The notes under the pieces are model-generated. The model was not told where the DNA came from. It saw only the letters and a list, made by a program, of their open reading frames with translations, and did not search any database. Both the position numbers and the translations under genes were made by a program. This document shows positions 20,859 through 29,252 of a stretch of 64,000 nt of DNA, in pieces (the first letter of the stretch is position 1; each line of letters opens with the position of its first letter). This DNA comes from a virus (taxonomy: Duplodnaviria; Caudoviricetes). Where the stretch lies: positions 96,001 through 160,000 of IMG/VR virus record IMGVR_UViG_3300028048_000040, one strand, 5' to 3'.

Positions 20859-22898
20859 GTGAATAATAATATGAATTTTGAAGATAACGTATCTTGGGAA
20901 GAATTTTCCCCATCTTTAAAAGAAAAATTTCAAGGATTGCAATCTGATATTACTACACTAGAAGAAGATTTAGAACAGCACATAAAAGACGCTAAAGCTA
21001 AAGAAGCTTTAGTTCAACAAGAAATAGATGATTTTAATCTAGATGATTGGAATTTAGCCGGTGCTAAAGGACAAGTAGTAAGGACAGATATAGTTGGTGG
21101 AGAACTATATTCAGATGATTATTTCTTTAACTTAAGAGCTATTACTAGTCCTACTACAAAAGAAGATATACAGGATCAAGATCTTATTACTCTTAAAGAA
21201 GTATGTGCTACTTGGGATAGAAGATCTTGGGGATCTGCTTTTGGTGCTAATGACTTAGATAGTGCTAAAAATAGTTGGCTTTATAGAGATGATATTAAAG
21301 CTATTGCTAATCGTGGTAATTGGAATTCAGTTGGTTCTTTTGGTTCTACAAAAAAATATGACTTTTTCTGGATAAAAATGTCTATGAATTCAGTAGAACC
21401 AAATTTTGTTGATGATGACTGGATTGGATTTATTCCTATATATTTAGATGAGAATGAGTCTCCTGATGGTCAAATTCATACTATTATGGTTGGTAGAGTT
21501 GGAAATTCAGCTCAGCAATGGAATCAATATCCTGGCAATTTCTGTTTAATATATGATTTTGGAAAACCTACTCAAATTATATTAGATTATATACCTAGAT
21601 CTGTATTTGGCAATACTTTATGGAAAAAAGGATGGTATACATCTTTATATGTATATCGTAAAGGTGGTAATATTCAAGCAGCTTCTAGCAATCCACAACA
21701 AACTAGACAACAAGATTATCTTATGGATGACGGTCAATATATTAACTGGAATTTGCCAAAGAACAATCCTGGTTGGCCATCTGCTTCTTGGGATATTATA
21801 TGTCAAATGATGGATGGCCCTGCTAAGATTGGTTTCTGGACTTGCTCTAATGACTGCTTATTCTATCTAGATGATCAGAAACATCTTTGGAGACCAAATG
21901 ATATCATAGTAGACTTTAATACTATTTATGAATATGACTTTAAGACTGGTAAATATTTAGATGGTAGATCTCTCACAGTAGAAGATATACCTCTAAGATC
22001 TTTTGTCTATAACAATCTAACGGAACAACTATTCTGGTATAAACAACCAGGTCAATTTGTTGATATAAAGAAATCATTCGTTGTAGATCCTACTACAGAT
22101 AAAACTAATAGTAGTGGTCCTTTTGGTTTAATAGATTCTGGTTATGATGAATATGATGGTCATTTAAGATACTTCCGTGTGTATACTAATGGATGGTGTG
22201 AACAAGGAGGTTATTTCTCCCATGTTAAAAGTGAAATGACCGATCCTTCTCTATGGGTTAGTACGTCAAGAATATATGTAAAATTTAAGATTCCATTCAA
22301 ATCAGCAGATTATTTAGTCACATATGCTAATCATGCAGCGTCTGTTAGTACTGGTCCAAACTGGTCTATAGCATTAGTAGAAAAGAAATTAGATAGAATG
22401 TTATGTGGTAATAGTACGGCATCTAAAGGTTCATTCTATCATGCTGAAGGATATGTAGATTTGAATACATATAAAGATCAACCTCAACAACCAGTACAAC
22501 CACAGCCACAACCTGTAAATACTGTTAAAACTTGCTATAATATGGGAGAAAATAATTTAGACTATGCTTATCCTTATCCAGGTCTTGTTCTTGGATATAT
22601 TATAACTGTTCCAAATAACGTATCGAAAATATTAGGTTATTATAATATTCCAAATTCTAGTAGTGCAAAATGGGTAGATAAGCCATCTTCTGGTACAATG
22701 TATACATTTTCTAATCAACCAACTGTTACTCCAGGTCAAACAATCTATGTTATAGGTCCATTCCATAATTCTAAACATGCAGATGGTTATGTAGGATCTA
22801 CAAACTATTATTTTGATAATTCTTTTTATAGTGGAGAAATATTCTTTATACCAGTTTCTCAAATGAGTAATGTATTTGGTCTTTTAGCTTTTGGTTAA
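20859..22898 (+). CDS. Tail fibre paralogue 5 (inserted domain + gp53-like module + Q/P linker + extra C-terminal domain)
   Basis: 'VSWEEFSPSLKEKF'; central domain closely similar to 6471..8090; 'YTNGWCEQGG'; 'QPQQPVQPQPQP'. Confidence 0.7.
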   Translation: MNNNMNFEDNVSWEEFSPSLKEKFQGLQSDITTLEEDLEQHIKDAKAKEALVQQEIDDFNLDDWNLAGAKGQVVRTDIVGGELYSDDYFFNLRAITSPTTKEDIQDQDLITLKEVCATWDRRSWGSAFGANDLDSAKNSWLYRDDIKAIANRGNWNSVGSFGSTKKYDFFWIKMSMNSVEPNFVDDDWIGFIPIYLDENESPDGQIHTIMVGRVGNSAQQWNQYPGNFCLIYDFGKPTQIILDYIPRSVFGNTLWKKGWYTSLYVYRKGGNIQAASSNPQQTRQQDYLMDDGQYINWNLPKNNPGWPSASWDIICQMMDGPAKIGFWTCSNDCLFYLDDQKHLWRPNDIIVDFNTIYEYDFKTGKYLDGRSLTVEDIPLRSFVYNNLTEQLFWYKQPGQFVDIKKSFVVDPTTDKTNSSGPFGLIDSGYDEYDGHLRYFRVYTNGWCEQGGYFSHVKSEMTDPSLWVSTSRIYVKFKIPFKSADYLVTYANHAASVSTGPNWSIALVEKKLDRMLCGNSTASKGSFYHAEGYVDLNTYKDQPQQPVQPQPQPVNTVKTCYNMGENNLDYAYPYPGLVLGYIITVPNNVSKILGYYNIPNSSSAKWVDKPSSGTMYTFSNQPTVTPGQTIYVIGPFHNSKHADGYVGSTNYYFDNSFYSGEIFFIPVSQMSNVFGLLAFG

Positions 22899-22922
22899 TA
22901 TAAATTAAAGGAGGTTATAAAG

Positions 22923-23522
22923 ATGAGAGAAGTAGACTTAACAGAACTGATGGATAATGCATATGCTTCTAAGTGGAACTTAGAACGAAAAGCAGCAGCT
23001 AATGGAAGAGATGTACAAATCTTCTTACATTGGACTGCTTGTCCTTATGGTAGATATTATCCTGGTTATCATGTTAATATTGATGATGATGGTACTATAA
23101 TTTTAACTGCTGATTTAGATGAGACTCTATCTCATACATATATGAGAAACTCTGGTTCTATTGGATTGACTCTATGTTGTTGCTATAATGCTACTACTGA
23201 CGATCCTGGTCCTCAACCACCTACACAAATACAGATTGAAACTATGGCTAAATGTATTGCAGTATTATCGGAAGCATTAGATATTCCTATAGATAAACAA
23301 CATGTACTTACTCATGGTGAAATTGCTGATTGTGAAGATGGATCACCAATCTATTTTGATGGTAAATACGGCCCAAAAACAGATTGCCAACGCTGGGATT
23401 TGGAGGTCTTATGGACAGATGAATCCCCTGTATTTAATCCTTATGATGAAGAACATAGGGGTGGAACTATATTACGTGGAAAAGGCAATTTCTATAAATA
23501 TAAATTCTATGGTCATTACTAA
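22923..23522 (+). CDS. N-acetylmuramoyl-L-alanine amidase (Amidase_2-type), putative endolysin
   Basis: 'IFLHWTA', 'YHVNIDDDG', 'HTYMRNSGSIG', 'VLTHGE'. Confidence 0.85.
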   Translation: MREVDLTELMDNAYASKWNLERKAAANGRDVQIFLHWTACPYGRYYPGYHVNIDDDGTIILTADLDETLSHTYMRNSGSIGLTLCCCYNATTDDPGPQPPTQIQIETMAKCIAVLSEALDIPIDKQHVLTHGEIADCEDGSPIYFDGKYGPKTDCQRWDLEVLWTDESPVFNPYDEEHRGGTILRGKGNFYKYKFYGHY

Positions 23523-23529
23523 AATTACC

Positions 23530-23553
23530 AGGATAGCTCATATGAGCTATCCT
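23530..23553. terminator. Perfect palindrome between convergent genes (AGCTCATATGAGCT family)
   Basis: AGGATAGCTCAT/ATGAGCTATCCT. Confidence 0.7.
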
Positions 23554-23557
23554 ATTG

Positions 23558-24172
23558 TTATAAAGAATATGAAATAACTGGAAAAAATCCCTGATATGCT
23601 GAACCATAATTTTTAACAGCACCATTTTTATCTAGACATATACCATTTTTTTTAGGATAATATATATAACTATTGCTATCATTTCCATTATAATTATAAG
23701 ATCTGCCAATTTCAGTATATATTCTAATCTCTGTTTCATTAGTATGATTATCTTGATATGATACTGAATATGCCATGCTATTACTATATCTATAAGAATA
23801 TTCTGAAATGAATCCATTTATTGTTGAGCCACGATTTGACAGATATCGCATCGTTGCTAATCTATTAATTTTAGTCTTAGTCCCATGAAGCCTTATATAT
23901 TCTGAGCGTAATATAAACCATTTATTATTATGGAATGCATTTGAGGGATAATTTTCCTTTTTATTATCCCATAATTTATCAGCGTTCCAAGGAATAATTA
24001 CTTTAAATATAGCTTCATCTACACTAATTAGTCTTATTTTAGTATTGGGAGTTCTATTATTTTCAATTCTTTTATTAAAGCTTTCATTTATATCTCTTTT
24101 AGTTATATTAAACTTAGACTGCAATTGGTCTAGCAGCCTAAGTGCCTCTTCCTTAGTAGTAGGTTCATTCAT
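23558..24172 (-). CDS. Cassette 1: DUF6273-like / C-type-lectin-like protein
   Basis: 'KIRLISVDEA', 'WFILRS', C-terminal 'GFFPVI' resemble the KIFLLSxDE / WWLRS / GVRP pattern; SD GGAGGAG. Confidence 0.55.
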   Translation of the reverse strand: MNEPTTKEEALRLLDQLQSKFNITKRDINESFNKRIENNRTPNTKIRLISVDEAIFKVIIPWNADKLWDNKKENYPSNAFHNNKWFILRSEYIRLHGTKTKINRLATMRYLSNRGSTINGFISEYSYRYSNSMAYSVSYQDNHTNETEIRIYTEIGRSYNYNGNDSNSYIYYPKKNGICLDKNGAVKNYGSAYQGFFPVISYSL

Positions 24173-24198
24173 TTATATCTCCTCCAATAAATTGTTTC

Positions 24199-24232
24199 TA
24201 CTTAGTTAAGTGGACATCCACTTAACTAAGTA
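24199..24232. repeat. Palindrome P1 (core CA): embedded ACA-N6-TA points away from cassette 1
   Basis: TACTTAGTTAAGTGGA-CA-TCCACTTAACTAAGTA. Confidence 0.95.
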
Positions 24233-24273
24233 AATAGATTGTTTTGATTAAAGATAGATATTAATAATAAATC

Positions 24274-24299
24274 TTCCTAGGGGATTATTCCCCTAGGAA
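24274..24299. terminator. Hairpin at the 3' end of cassette 2
   Basis: TTCCTAGGGGA-TTAT-TCCCCTAGGAA immediately after the stop codon. Confidence 0.75.
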
Positions 24300-24947
24300 T
24301 TATACTTTAAAACATGGTACAAATGTAAGAATTTGTTGAAAATGTAGTGTGTGAGATTTATAGTTATATGATATTACATTTGTTATCTCATTTAAATAAG
24401 ATGATTTATTTGAAGATGATGGTTCTATCATAGTACCTTCCCTACCTCCAACCCATGTTATATAATAAGTAAAAATTAGTGTTCCATTTATAATATTATT
24501 ATTATTAGATGAATTTTGCACAAGCAATCTACTAAATTTCCAATAAGTATTACCGCTAGCATTTGGTTCTGGTTTCTTTAAATTTTGAGAAATATCATTA
24601 TAATAATTTGTCTGGTATCCTGGTTTATTATAATTTGTTGTATTAATATCACCACAAGTTGGTATTATTGTATTATCAATGTTGTTACCATTTTTTTTAA
24701 TTGATAATTGTCCACCATAATAATATCTAGTACCTATTATATTATTTAACGTATCGTTTAACATATATTTTTTATATTTATTATTAGCTTCATTCCACAC
24801 TAGACAACATATAGTCTGTTTGTCTGATTTGTCAGTCAAATTAAAATCAGATCCAGCTTGTAAGTAATCCCCATTTTTTATTCCAAAAGATTTAGCTAAT
24901 GAAGTCATTAATTGTAAAGCTTCATCTTTATTTTTAGGATCATTCAT
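24300..24947 (-). CDS. Cassette 2: Asn-rich paralogue
   Basis: N-terminus like cassette 1 ('MNDPKNKDEAL'); 'TICCLVWNEA' and 'TLHFQQILTFVPCFK' like cassette 3. Confidence 0.8.
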   Translation of the reverse strand: MNDPKNKDEALQLMTSLAKSFGIKNGDYLQAGSDFNLTDKSDKQTICCLVWNEANNKYKKYMLNDTLNNIIGTRYYYGGQLSIKKNGNNIDNTIIPTCGDINTTNYNKPGYQTNYYNDISQNLKKPEPNASGNTYWKFSRLLVQNSSNNNNIINGTLIFTYYITWVGGREGTMIEPSSSNKSSYLNEITNVISYNYKSHTLHFQQILTFVPCFKV

Positions 24948-24972
24948 TTACAGTTCCTCCAATCAATAGATC

Positions 24973-25014
24973 TATCTACTTAGTTAAGTGGACATCCACT
25001 TAACTAAGTAGATA
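24973..25014. repeat. Palindrome P2 (core CA): embedded promoter motif points away from cassette 2
   Basis: TATCTACTTAGTTAAGTGGA-CA-TCCACTTAACTAAGTAGATA. Confidence 0.95.
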
Positions 25015-25034
25015 ATTCAATCGAAAGAATATAG

Positions 25035-25054
25035 GATAGCTCATATGAGCTATC
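25035..25054. terminator. Palindrome at the 3' end of cassette 3 (AGCTCATATGAGCT family)
   Basis: GATAGCTCAT/ATGAGCTATC. Confidence 0.65.
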
Positions 25055-25063
25055 ATCCTATAT

Positions 25064-25726
25064 TTAAAATTTAAAACAAGGAACAAATGTAGCTAATTGT
25101 TGAAAATGTAATGTGTAATTAATAGAAGATGAACCCCACTTTTGTGATATATCTAAAATAAATGACTGCTTATCAAATTCGCATATTTTATTTTGATTAT
25201 TAATCAAAAAAGATGCTATATCACTACCACCAGCTCTATTAAAAACAGCTTTTATAGATGATAATTGGTTGTTTACATTAAAAGAACTATTTTTAGAATC
25301 TTGGTTTATAATTCTGGTAAATTTTAGGTATGAATCACTACCAGAAATATAATTTTCACCAATACCACCATTACTATTATATACATTGTATTCTTGTGTA
25401 AATCCTGGTTTGTTTATATTATCATCTTGAACATGACCACAATTATCAATAATAGTGCCTTGAGATAAAACCTTACCATTTTGTGCATTTCTGATATAAT
25501 TGCAATTATAATAATACCACCTATTACCAGTTATAGTATTTACAGTATCATTTTTCATATATTGTTTATATTTATTATGGGCTTCATCTGATACTAGACA
25601 GCATATGGTTACTTTACTTGCATTTTCATTATTTACATTTATATTATTTTGTAATATTTCTCTATTTGTTATTCCATTTTCTTTCATCAATGATAGTATC
25701 TGATCAATGATATTTGATTTGCTCAC
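25064..25726 (-). CDS. Cassette 3: Asn-rich paralogue
   Basis: GTG start with SD GGAGGA; 'TICCLVSDEA', 'NKPGF', 'TLHFQQLATFVPCFK'. Confidence 0.8.
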   Translation of the reverse strand: MSKSNIIDQILSLMKENGITNREILQNNINVNNENASKVTICCLVSDEAHNKYKQYMKNDTVNTITGNRWYYYNCNYIRNAQNGKVLSQGTIIDNCGHVQDDNINKPGFTQEYNVYNSNGGIGENYISGSDSYLKFTRIINQDSKNSSFNVNNQLSSIKAVFNRAGGSDIASFLINNQNKICEFDKQSFILDISQKWGSSSINYTLHFQQLATFVPCFKF

Positions 25727-25754
25727 TTATACTTCCTCCAATCAAACGTAATTC

Positions 25755-25790
25755 CTACTTAGTTAAGTGGATGTCCACTTAACTAAGTAG
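25755..25790. repeat. Palindrome P3 (core TG, inverted): embedded ACA-N6-TA points into cassette 3
   Basis: CTACTTAGTTAAGTGGA-TG-TCCACTTAACTAAGTAG. Confidence 0.95.
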
Positions 25791-25821
25791 ATAACTCATC
25801 GAGATATATAAAAAATAATAG

Positions 25822-25843
25822 GGGAAGCTCATATGAGCTTCCC
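25822..25843 (-). terminator. Palindromic terminator insulating the cassette array from the upstream operon
   Basis: GGGAAGCTCAT/ATGAGCTTCCC with T-tract on the minus strand. Confidence 0.7.
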
Positions 25844-25870
25844 TATGTATTTATTCTTTTAGTTTATATT

Positions 25871-26236
25871 TCATTTATCCTTATCATACATTCTTACTAC
25901 TCCTTCATATACGTTCTTTACTAACTCTTCTAAATCACTTTGAGTGATATCATACATTTTAAATATTCCTGCATGTAATTTTCTAAGCAAACTTTCTGTT
26001 TGTTTTTGATCAAGCTCTTCATTAACAATATTATCTATATAGATACTATGAGCTTTTTCTTGCTCATTGACAACAGAAACAAATCTAAATACAACCTTTT
26101 TCTTTGGTGGAGTATTATTTATTGGAATCAATCCTATCTCTTCAAGATCAACTCTAGATACATAAATATTATCACTTGCCAAGAAACCACCATTATAAAT
26201 TAATCTAAATTCTTCATTGTACTTATCTTTTGACAT
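25871..26236 (-). CDS. Hypothetical protein
   Basis: 121 aa, SD GGAGGAG. Confidence 0.75.
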   Translation of the reverse strand: MSKDKYNEEFRLIYNGGFLASDNIYVSRVDLEEIGLIPINNTPPKKKVVFRFVSVVNEQEKAHSIYIDNIVNEELDQKQTESLLRKLHAGIFKMYDITQSDLEELVKNVYEGVVRMYDKDK

Positions 26237-26237
26237 T

Positions 26238-26771
26238 TTACTTCTCCTCCATATTTATATAATTATTCAAATTGAAACCAAGAGCATGAACTACATTTCT
26301 TATACTAGTTTTAAACTCATCCATCCATTCATCAGCAGTTTTTACATACTTATCATCCACCATATCATTAAATTCAAAGCAGAACAAGTCTATTATGAAT
26401 CCAGAAGTGCGTTTGATATGACCATCGCTGTAGTTTAGTTCTAAACATATATTACCATCTCCAACATATGTCAATCTAAACTCCAAACAGTCTTCATTGT
26501 ACATTTTTCTAAAAACATAACCAATCTTTTTTACATAGCCATATCCAAACTCATCTACACAAGCACTAATAGTTTCATATGTTTGACTATTGATCATATC
26601 ATGAAGAACTTCTTTAGCATCATATATATCAAATGTTTTAGTAAGTCTCATGTAAAGCTCATCTACTGCTTGCTCATCTACACCTTTAGCATAGTTGAAT
26701 AACACATCAATTTTTTGTATTTTTAGTCCTTCCATTACAAATACCCCACTTTCTATTCCTAAAGTCCCCAT
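26238..26771 (-). CDS. Hypothetical protein (start may be 26735)
   Basis: 177-aa ORF in minus-strand operon. Confidence 0.7.
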   Translation of the reverse strand: MGTLGIESGVFVMEGLKIQKIDVLFNYAKGVDEQAVDELYMRLTKTFDIYDAKEVLHDMINSQTYETISACVDEFGYGYVKKIGYVFRKMYNEDCLEFRLTYVGDGNICLELNYSDGHIKRTSGFIIDLFCFEFNDMVDDKYVKTADEWMDEFKTSIRNVVHALGFNLNNYINMEEK

Positions 26772-26852
26772 TCTAGCCTGAATCTGACATTAGGATTTCT
26801 TAAAAAACTCCACAGGGCAGTTGCCCTGTGGGAGTATACACACCATATCGTT

Positions 26853-27218
26853 TTAACCCTCATAATCAACGTATCTTAAATATTTTATCAGAGTTCTACC
26901 ATAATTCTTCTTTTCTGATACATGGAATATCAAATCACCATTATCACAGAAAGATACTTGAATATAGTATTGTGGAAATACCATTCTCATTACACTAAAT
27001 GGATCATCTTCTTTTGCAACCAATTCCAGTATTGTTTTACAATCTTCTAATGTAAATCCTTCTGGATAATCAAATAAGTATTTAAAATTATTGCTAAGCA
27101 TTTTAAGCATTCTCCTATTTTTTATAGGTCCCTTTATGGGTCCGTCAAGATGAAACTCTTCTCCAGTAGTTTCATTAAATAAATGATAATCATATAAAGT
27201 ATATTTAATACGTTCCAT
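26853..27218 (-). CDS. Hypothetical protein
   Basis: 121 aa, SD AAGGAG; terminator hairpin at 26810-26831. Confidence 0.75.
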   Translation of the reverse strand: MERIKYTLYDYHLFNETTGEEFHLDGPIKGPIKNRRMLKMLSNNFKYLFDYPEGFTLEDCKTILELVAKEDDPFSVMRMVFPQYYIQVSFCDNGDLIFHVSEKKNYGRTLIKYLRYVDYEG

Positions 27219-27222
27219 TTAT

Positions 27223-27786
27223 TTACTCCTTCTTTAACCACTGAGGATATGGGCTAAATACCTTTATAGTTTCATATTCCTCTAACTTAGTCTCCTTAGT
27301 ATTGGAATAAATGGGATCTCCATTCTCATTTGTTCCAACTATTTCAGGAGATTTAATGGTTCCACCTGGTATTATTCTTTTGATAAAAGATACATCACTC
27401 TTTTCTCTTCCTCCTAGAGACATCTTTCTTCCAGTGTGCATATAAGAATTGATAAACTCTTTAGAGAATGATATCATTGCTTTAGCATCATTAGTACTAA
27501 ATTCATAATGATCCATTATTCTCTTAGATTCACTTGGTTGAACTCCGGTAGTATTAGTAATTATACCACCTATCATTTTTCTAATCTCTTTAGATGGATT
27601 ATATACCCCTATACACCCATTCTTATTATATACTGAAACTTCATATGAGGGATCATTTAATATTCCCTTCATTACAGCAATCTCATCTTTTTGAGATCTA
27701 GTTTCATATTTTTTCCCTGTAGTAGACTCTATACGTTTCTTCTCTATCTCTTTAATGATTTCTTTTACATCTTGCAACTTCTTCAC
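27223..27786 (-). CDS. Hypothetical protein, possibly HU/IHF-like DNA-binding fold
   Basis: 187 aa; C-terminal half 'YMHTGRKMSLGG...SFIKR...TIKVFSPYPQWLK' loosely parallels the HU beta-arm; function call weak. Confidence 0.45.
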   Translation of the reverse strand: MKKLQDVKEIIKEIEKKRIESTTGKKYETRSQKDEIAVMKGILNDPSYEVSVYNKNGCIGVYNPSKEIRKMIGGIITNTTGVQPSESKRIMDHYEFSTNDAKAMISFSKEFINSYMHTGRKMSLGGREKSDVSFIKRIIPGGTIKSPEIVGTNENGDPIYSNTKETKLEEYETIKVFSPYPQWLKKE

Positions 27787-27788
27787 CT

Positions 27789-28007
27789 CTAATCATCAAA
27801 GAAGTATCTATACACTAATACGAATGGTAATAAGATCAAACAGAATATGAGGAACATAGAACCAAATACAACACCTAATGCTGCTAAAATAGCTCCTACT
27901 AAAACCATTGCTAATAGCTCTAGGAATAGTTTAAGACCAAAATATAAAATAGGACAAATCACAAAGATTAATAAGAGAAAGCCAGAAATGATAAGTACAT
28001 CATCCAT
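27789..28007 (-). CDS. Small multi-TM membrane protein
   Basis: Very hydrophobic; start at 28007 (MDDVL) couples to the upstream stop. Confidence 0.7.
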   Translation of the reverse strand: MDDVLIISGFLLLIFVICPILYFGLKLFLELLAMVLVGAILAALGVVFGSMFLIFCLILLPFVLVYRYFFDD

Positions 28008-28164
28008 TCTTATCGCCTGTCTTTCTCTTGTCATCTTTTGGTAGTCTTATAAAATACACTGGTGAGATTGGTTTCTTTTTGGCATTTTTTGATTCCAATA
28101 TTTCTCTTATTTGATCTCGATCCATTCGACTTATTTCTTCTAAGAATTTTGATTTACTCATCAT
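28000..28164 (-). CDS. Small hypothetical protein, 54 aa (not in ORF track)
   Basis: SD GAGGGGG; MMSKSKFLEEISRMDRDQIREILESKNAKKKPISPVYFIRLPKDDKRKTGDKNG; ACA-N6-TA at 28204-28194. Confidence 0.7.
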   Translation of the reverse strand: MMSKSKFLEEISRMDRDQIREILESKNAKKKPISPVYFIRLPKDDKRKTGDKNG

Positions 28165-28222
28165 AATTCCCCCTCATAAGCCCGAATCTGGATTATAATG
28201 TTGTCCCTCCCCTCATTATAAA

Positions 28223-28747
28223 TTACATGCAGAGTTCTTGTTTGAATAATTTTTCTTTGATTTTATCCCATAACCCTTTCTTAGTTCCATAAAGTTCAAT
28301 TACTGTACTAGAATCATCATGCACCTTTACATATCCTTCAGATTCTTTATTTGCGCATTTTATTTCTGTAGAATCTTCATCAGTAACTTTGTCTGCATAA
28401 TAAGCACAATAGACTTCATATTCTTTGAAATCATTGTATTTACTCTTTAAAACTAATACTTGATCTTTCTCATTAAGAAGTTCATTATAATCGTGATATC
28501 TACTAAAAGAAGGATTATTAGGACAATAACTACATTTAGGAGTATTCTTATCAATAATTTCTGGATTATACCATCCATAAATTTTAAGAAAGAAAGTTTG
28601 CATACTAGCTATTTTAGGACTTTCTGATGCTGCATCTGAATCTTGTATTTTCATTAATTCTTTATACAACTGCCTCACTGTCCAATAACCAGTAAATTTA
28701 ATTTTTCCTAACGGTTCCTGACCAATTCTTACCTTTACATTATTCAT
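28223..28747 (-). CDS. Hypothetical early protein
   Basis: 174 aa, SD AAGGAG. Confidence 0.75.
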   Translation of the reverse strand: MNNVKVRIGQEPLGKIKFTGYWTVRQLYKELMKIQDSDAASESPKIASMQTFFLKIYGWYNPEIIDKNTPKCSYCPNNPSFSRYHDYNELLNEKDQVLVLKSKYNDFKEYEVYCAYYADKVTDEDSTEIKCANKESEGYVKVHDDSSTVIELYGTKKGLWDKIKEKLFKQELCM

Positions 28748-28902
28748 TTTTTCTTCTCCTTTTCTCTTTTGACTTTCGTTCTCCTCATTTGACGAAGTCT
28801 TTTTAACTTAGCTTTATAAATACCACATGTTTTACAGCAATCTTTCATTACAGTATTGCTGCATTTGACAAGTGGATTATGAGGACATTGTTCTGTTGGC
28901 AC
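28744..28902 (-). CDS. Small Cys-rich basic protein, 52 aa (not in ORF track)
   Basis: GTG start after AAGGTGA; MPTEQCPHNPLVKCSNTVMKDCCKTCGIYKAKLKRLRQMRRTKVKKRKGEEK; ATGA overlap with next gene. Confidence 0.7.
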   Translation of the reverse strand: MPTEQCPHNPLVKCSNTVMKDCCKTCGIYKAKLKRLRQMRRTKVKREKEKKK

Positions 28903-29063
28903 TATACATCACCTTTTCTGCGTATCTCCTCTAACTCACCCTCAATAGAATAGTATATATCTAAAAAAATTTTTACTAAAAAAGAATAGAACTAGTTAAG
29001 CCTCTAGTCTATTCTTTAAGAAATATAGAAGATACTTAGAAATAAAATACTTATGCAGCCCTA

Positions 29064-29252
29064 TTAGAGAGAATAAGGCTTATTATGTCTGGCTACTAAC
29101 ATAGCCTTCATATTTTGAAAGTGAAGTTGATGTGAGTCAATTGTTGGGTATTTAATTGGCTCATTATCTTCTTCATCTTCTATAGGTTTGAACCTATAAT
29201 TATTAAGTGGGTTTTTGATATTTGGGTTTAAAGTGAATCGACTCACTTTCAT
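29064..29252 (-). CDS. Small early protein in a 5'/3'-paired transcript
   Basis: 62 aa, SD AAGGAAAGGT, own promoter and downstream hairpin. Confidence 0.55.
   Translation of the reverse strand: MKVSRFTLNPNIKNPLNNYRFKPIEDEEDNEPIKYPTIDSHQLHFQNMKAMLVARHNKPYSL

Noticed and set aside
23558-25726. Diversity-generating retroelement
   Set aside because: No reverse transcriptase and no adenine-only-mismatch TR/VR pair seen; Asn richness is partly explained by AT bias. Cannot exclude one outside the window.
24199-25790. Three ~34-nt repeats as a CRISPR array
   Set aside because: Spacing is ~780 bp with full genes between; repeats are near-perfect palindromes; no cas genes in the window.
23530-25843. 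Classical integron or shufflon
   Set aside because: No adjacent recombinase; sites lack attC GTTRRRY ends and extrahelical bases, lie outside ORFs, and all cassettes share one orientation.
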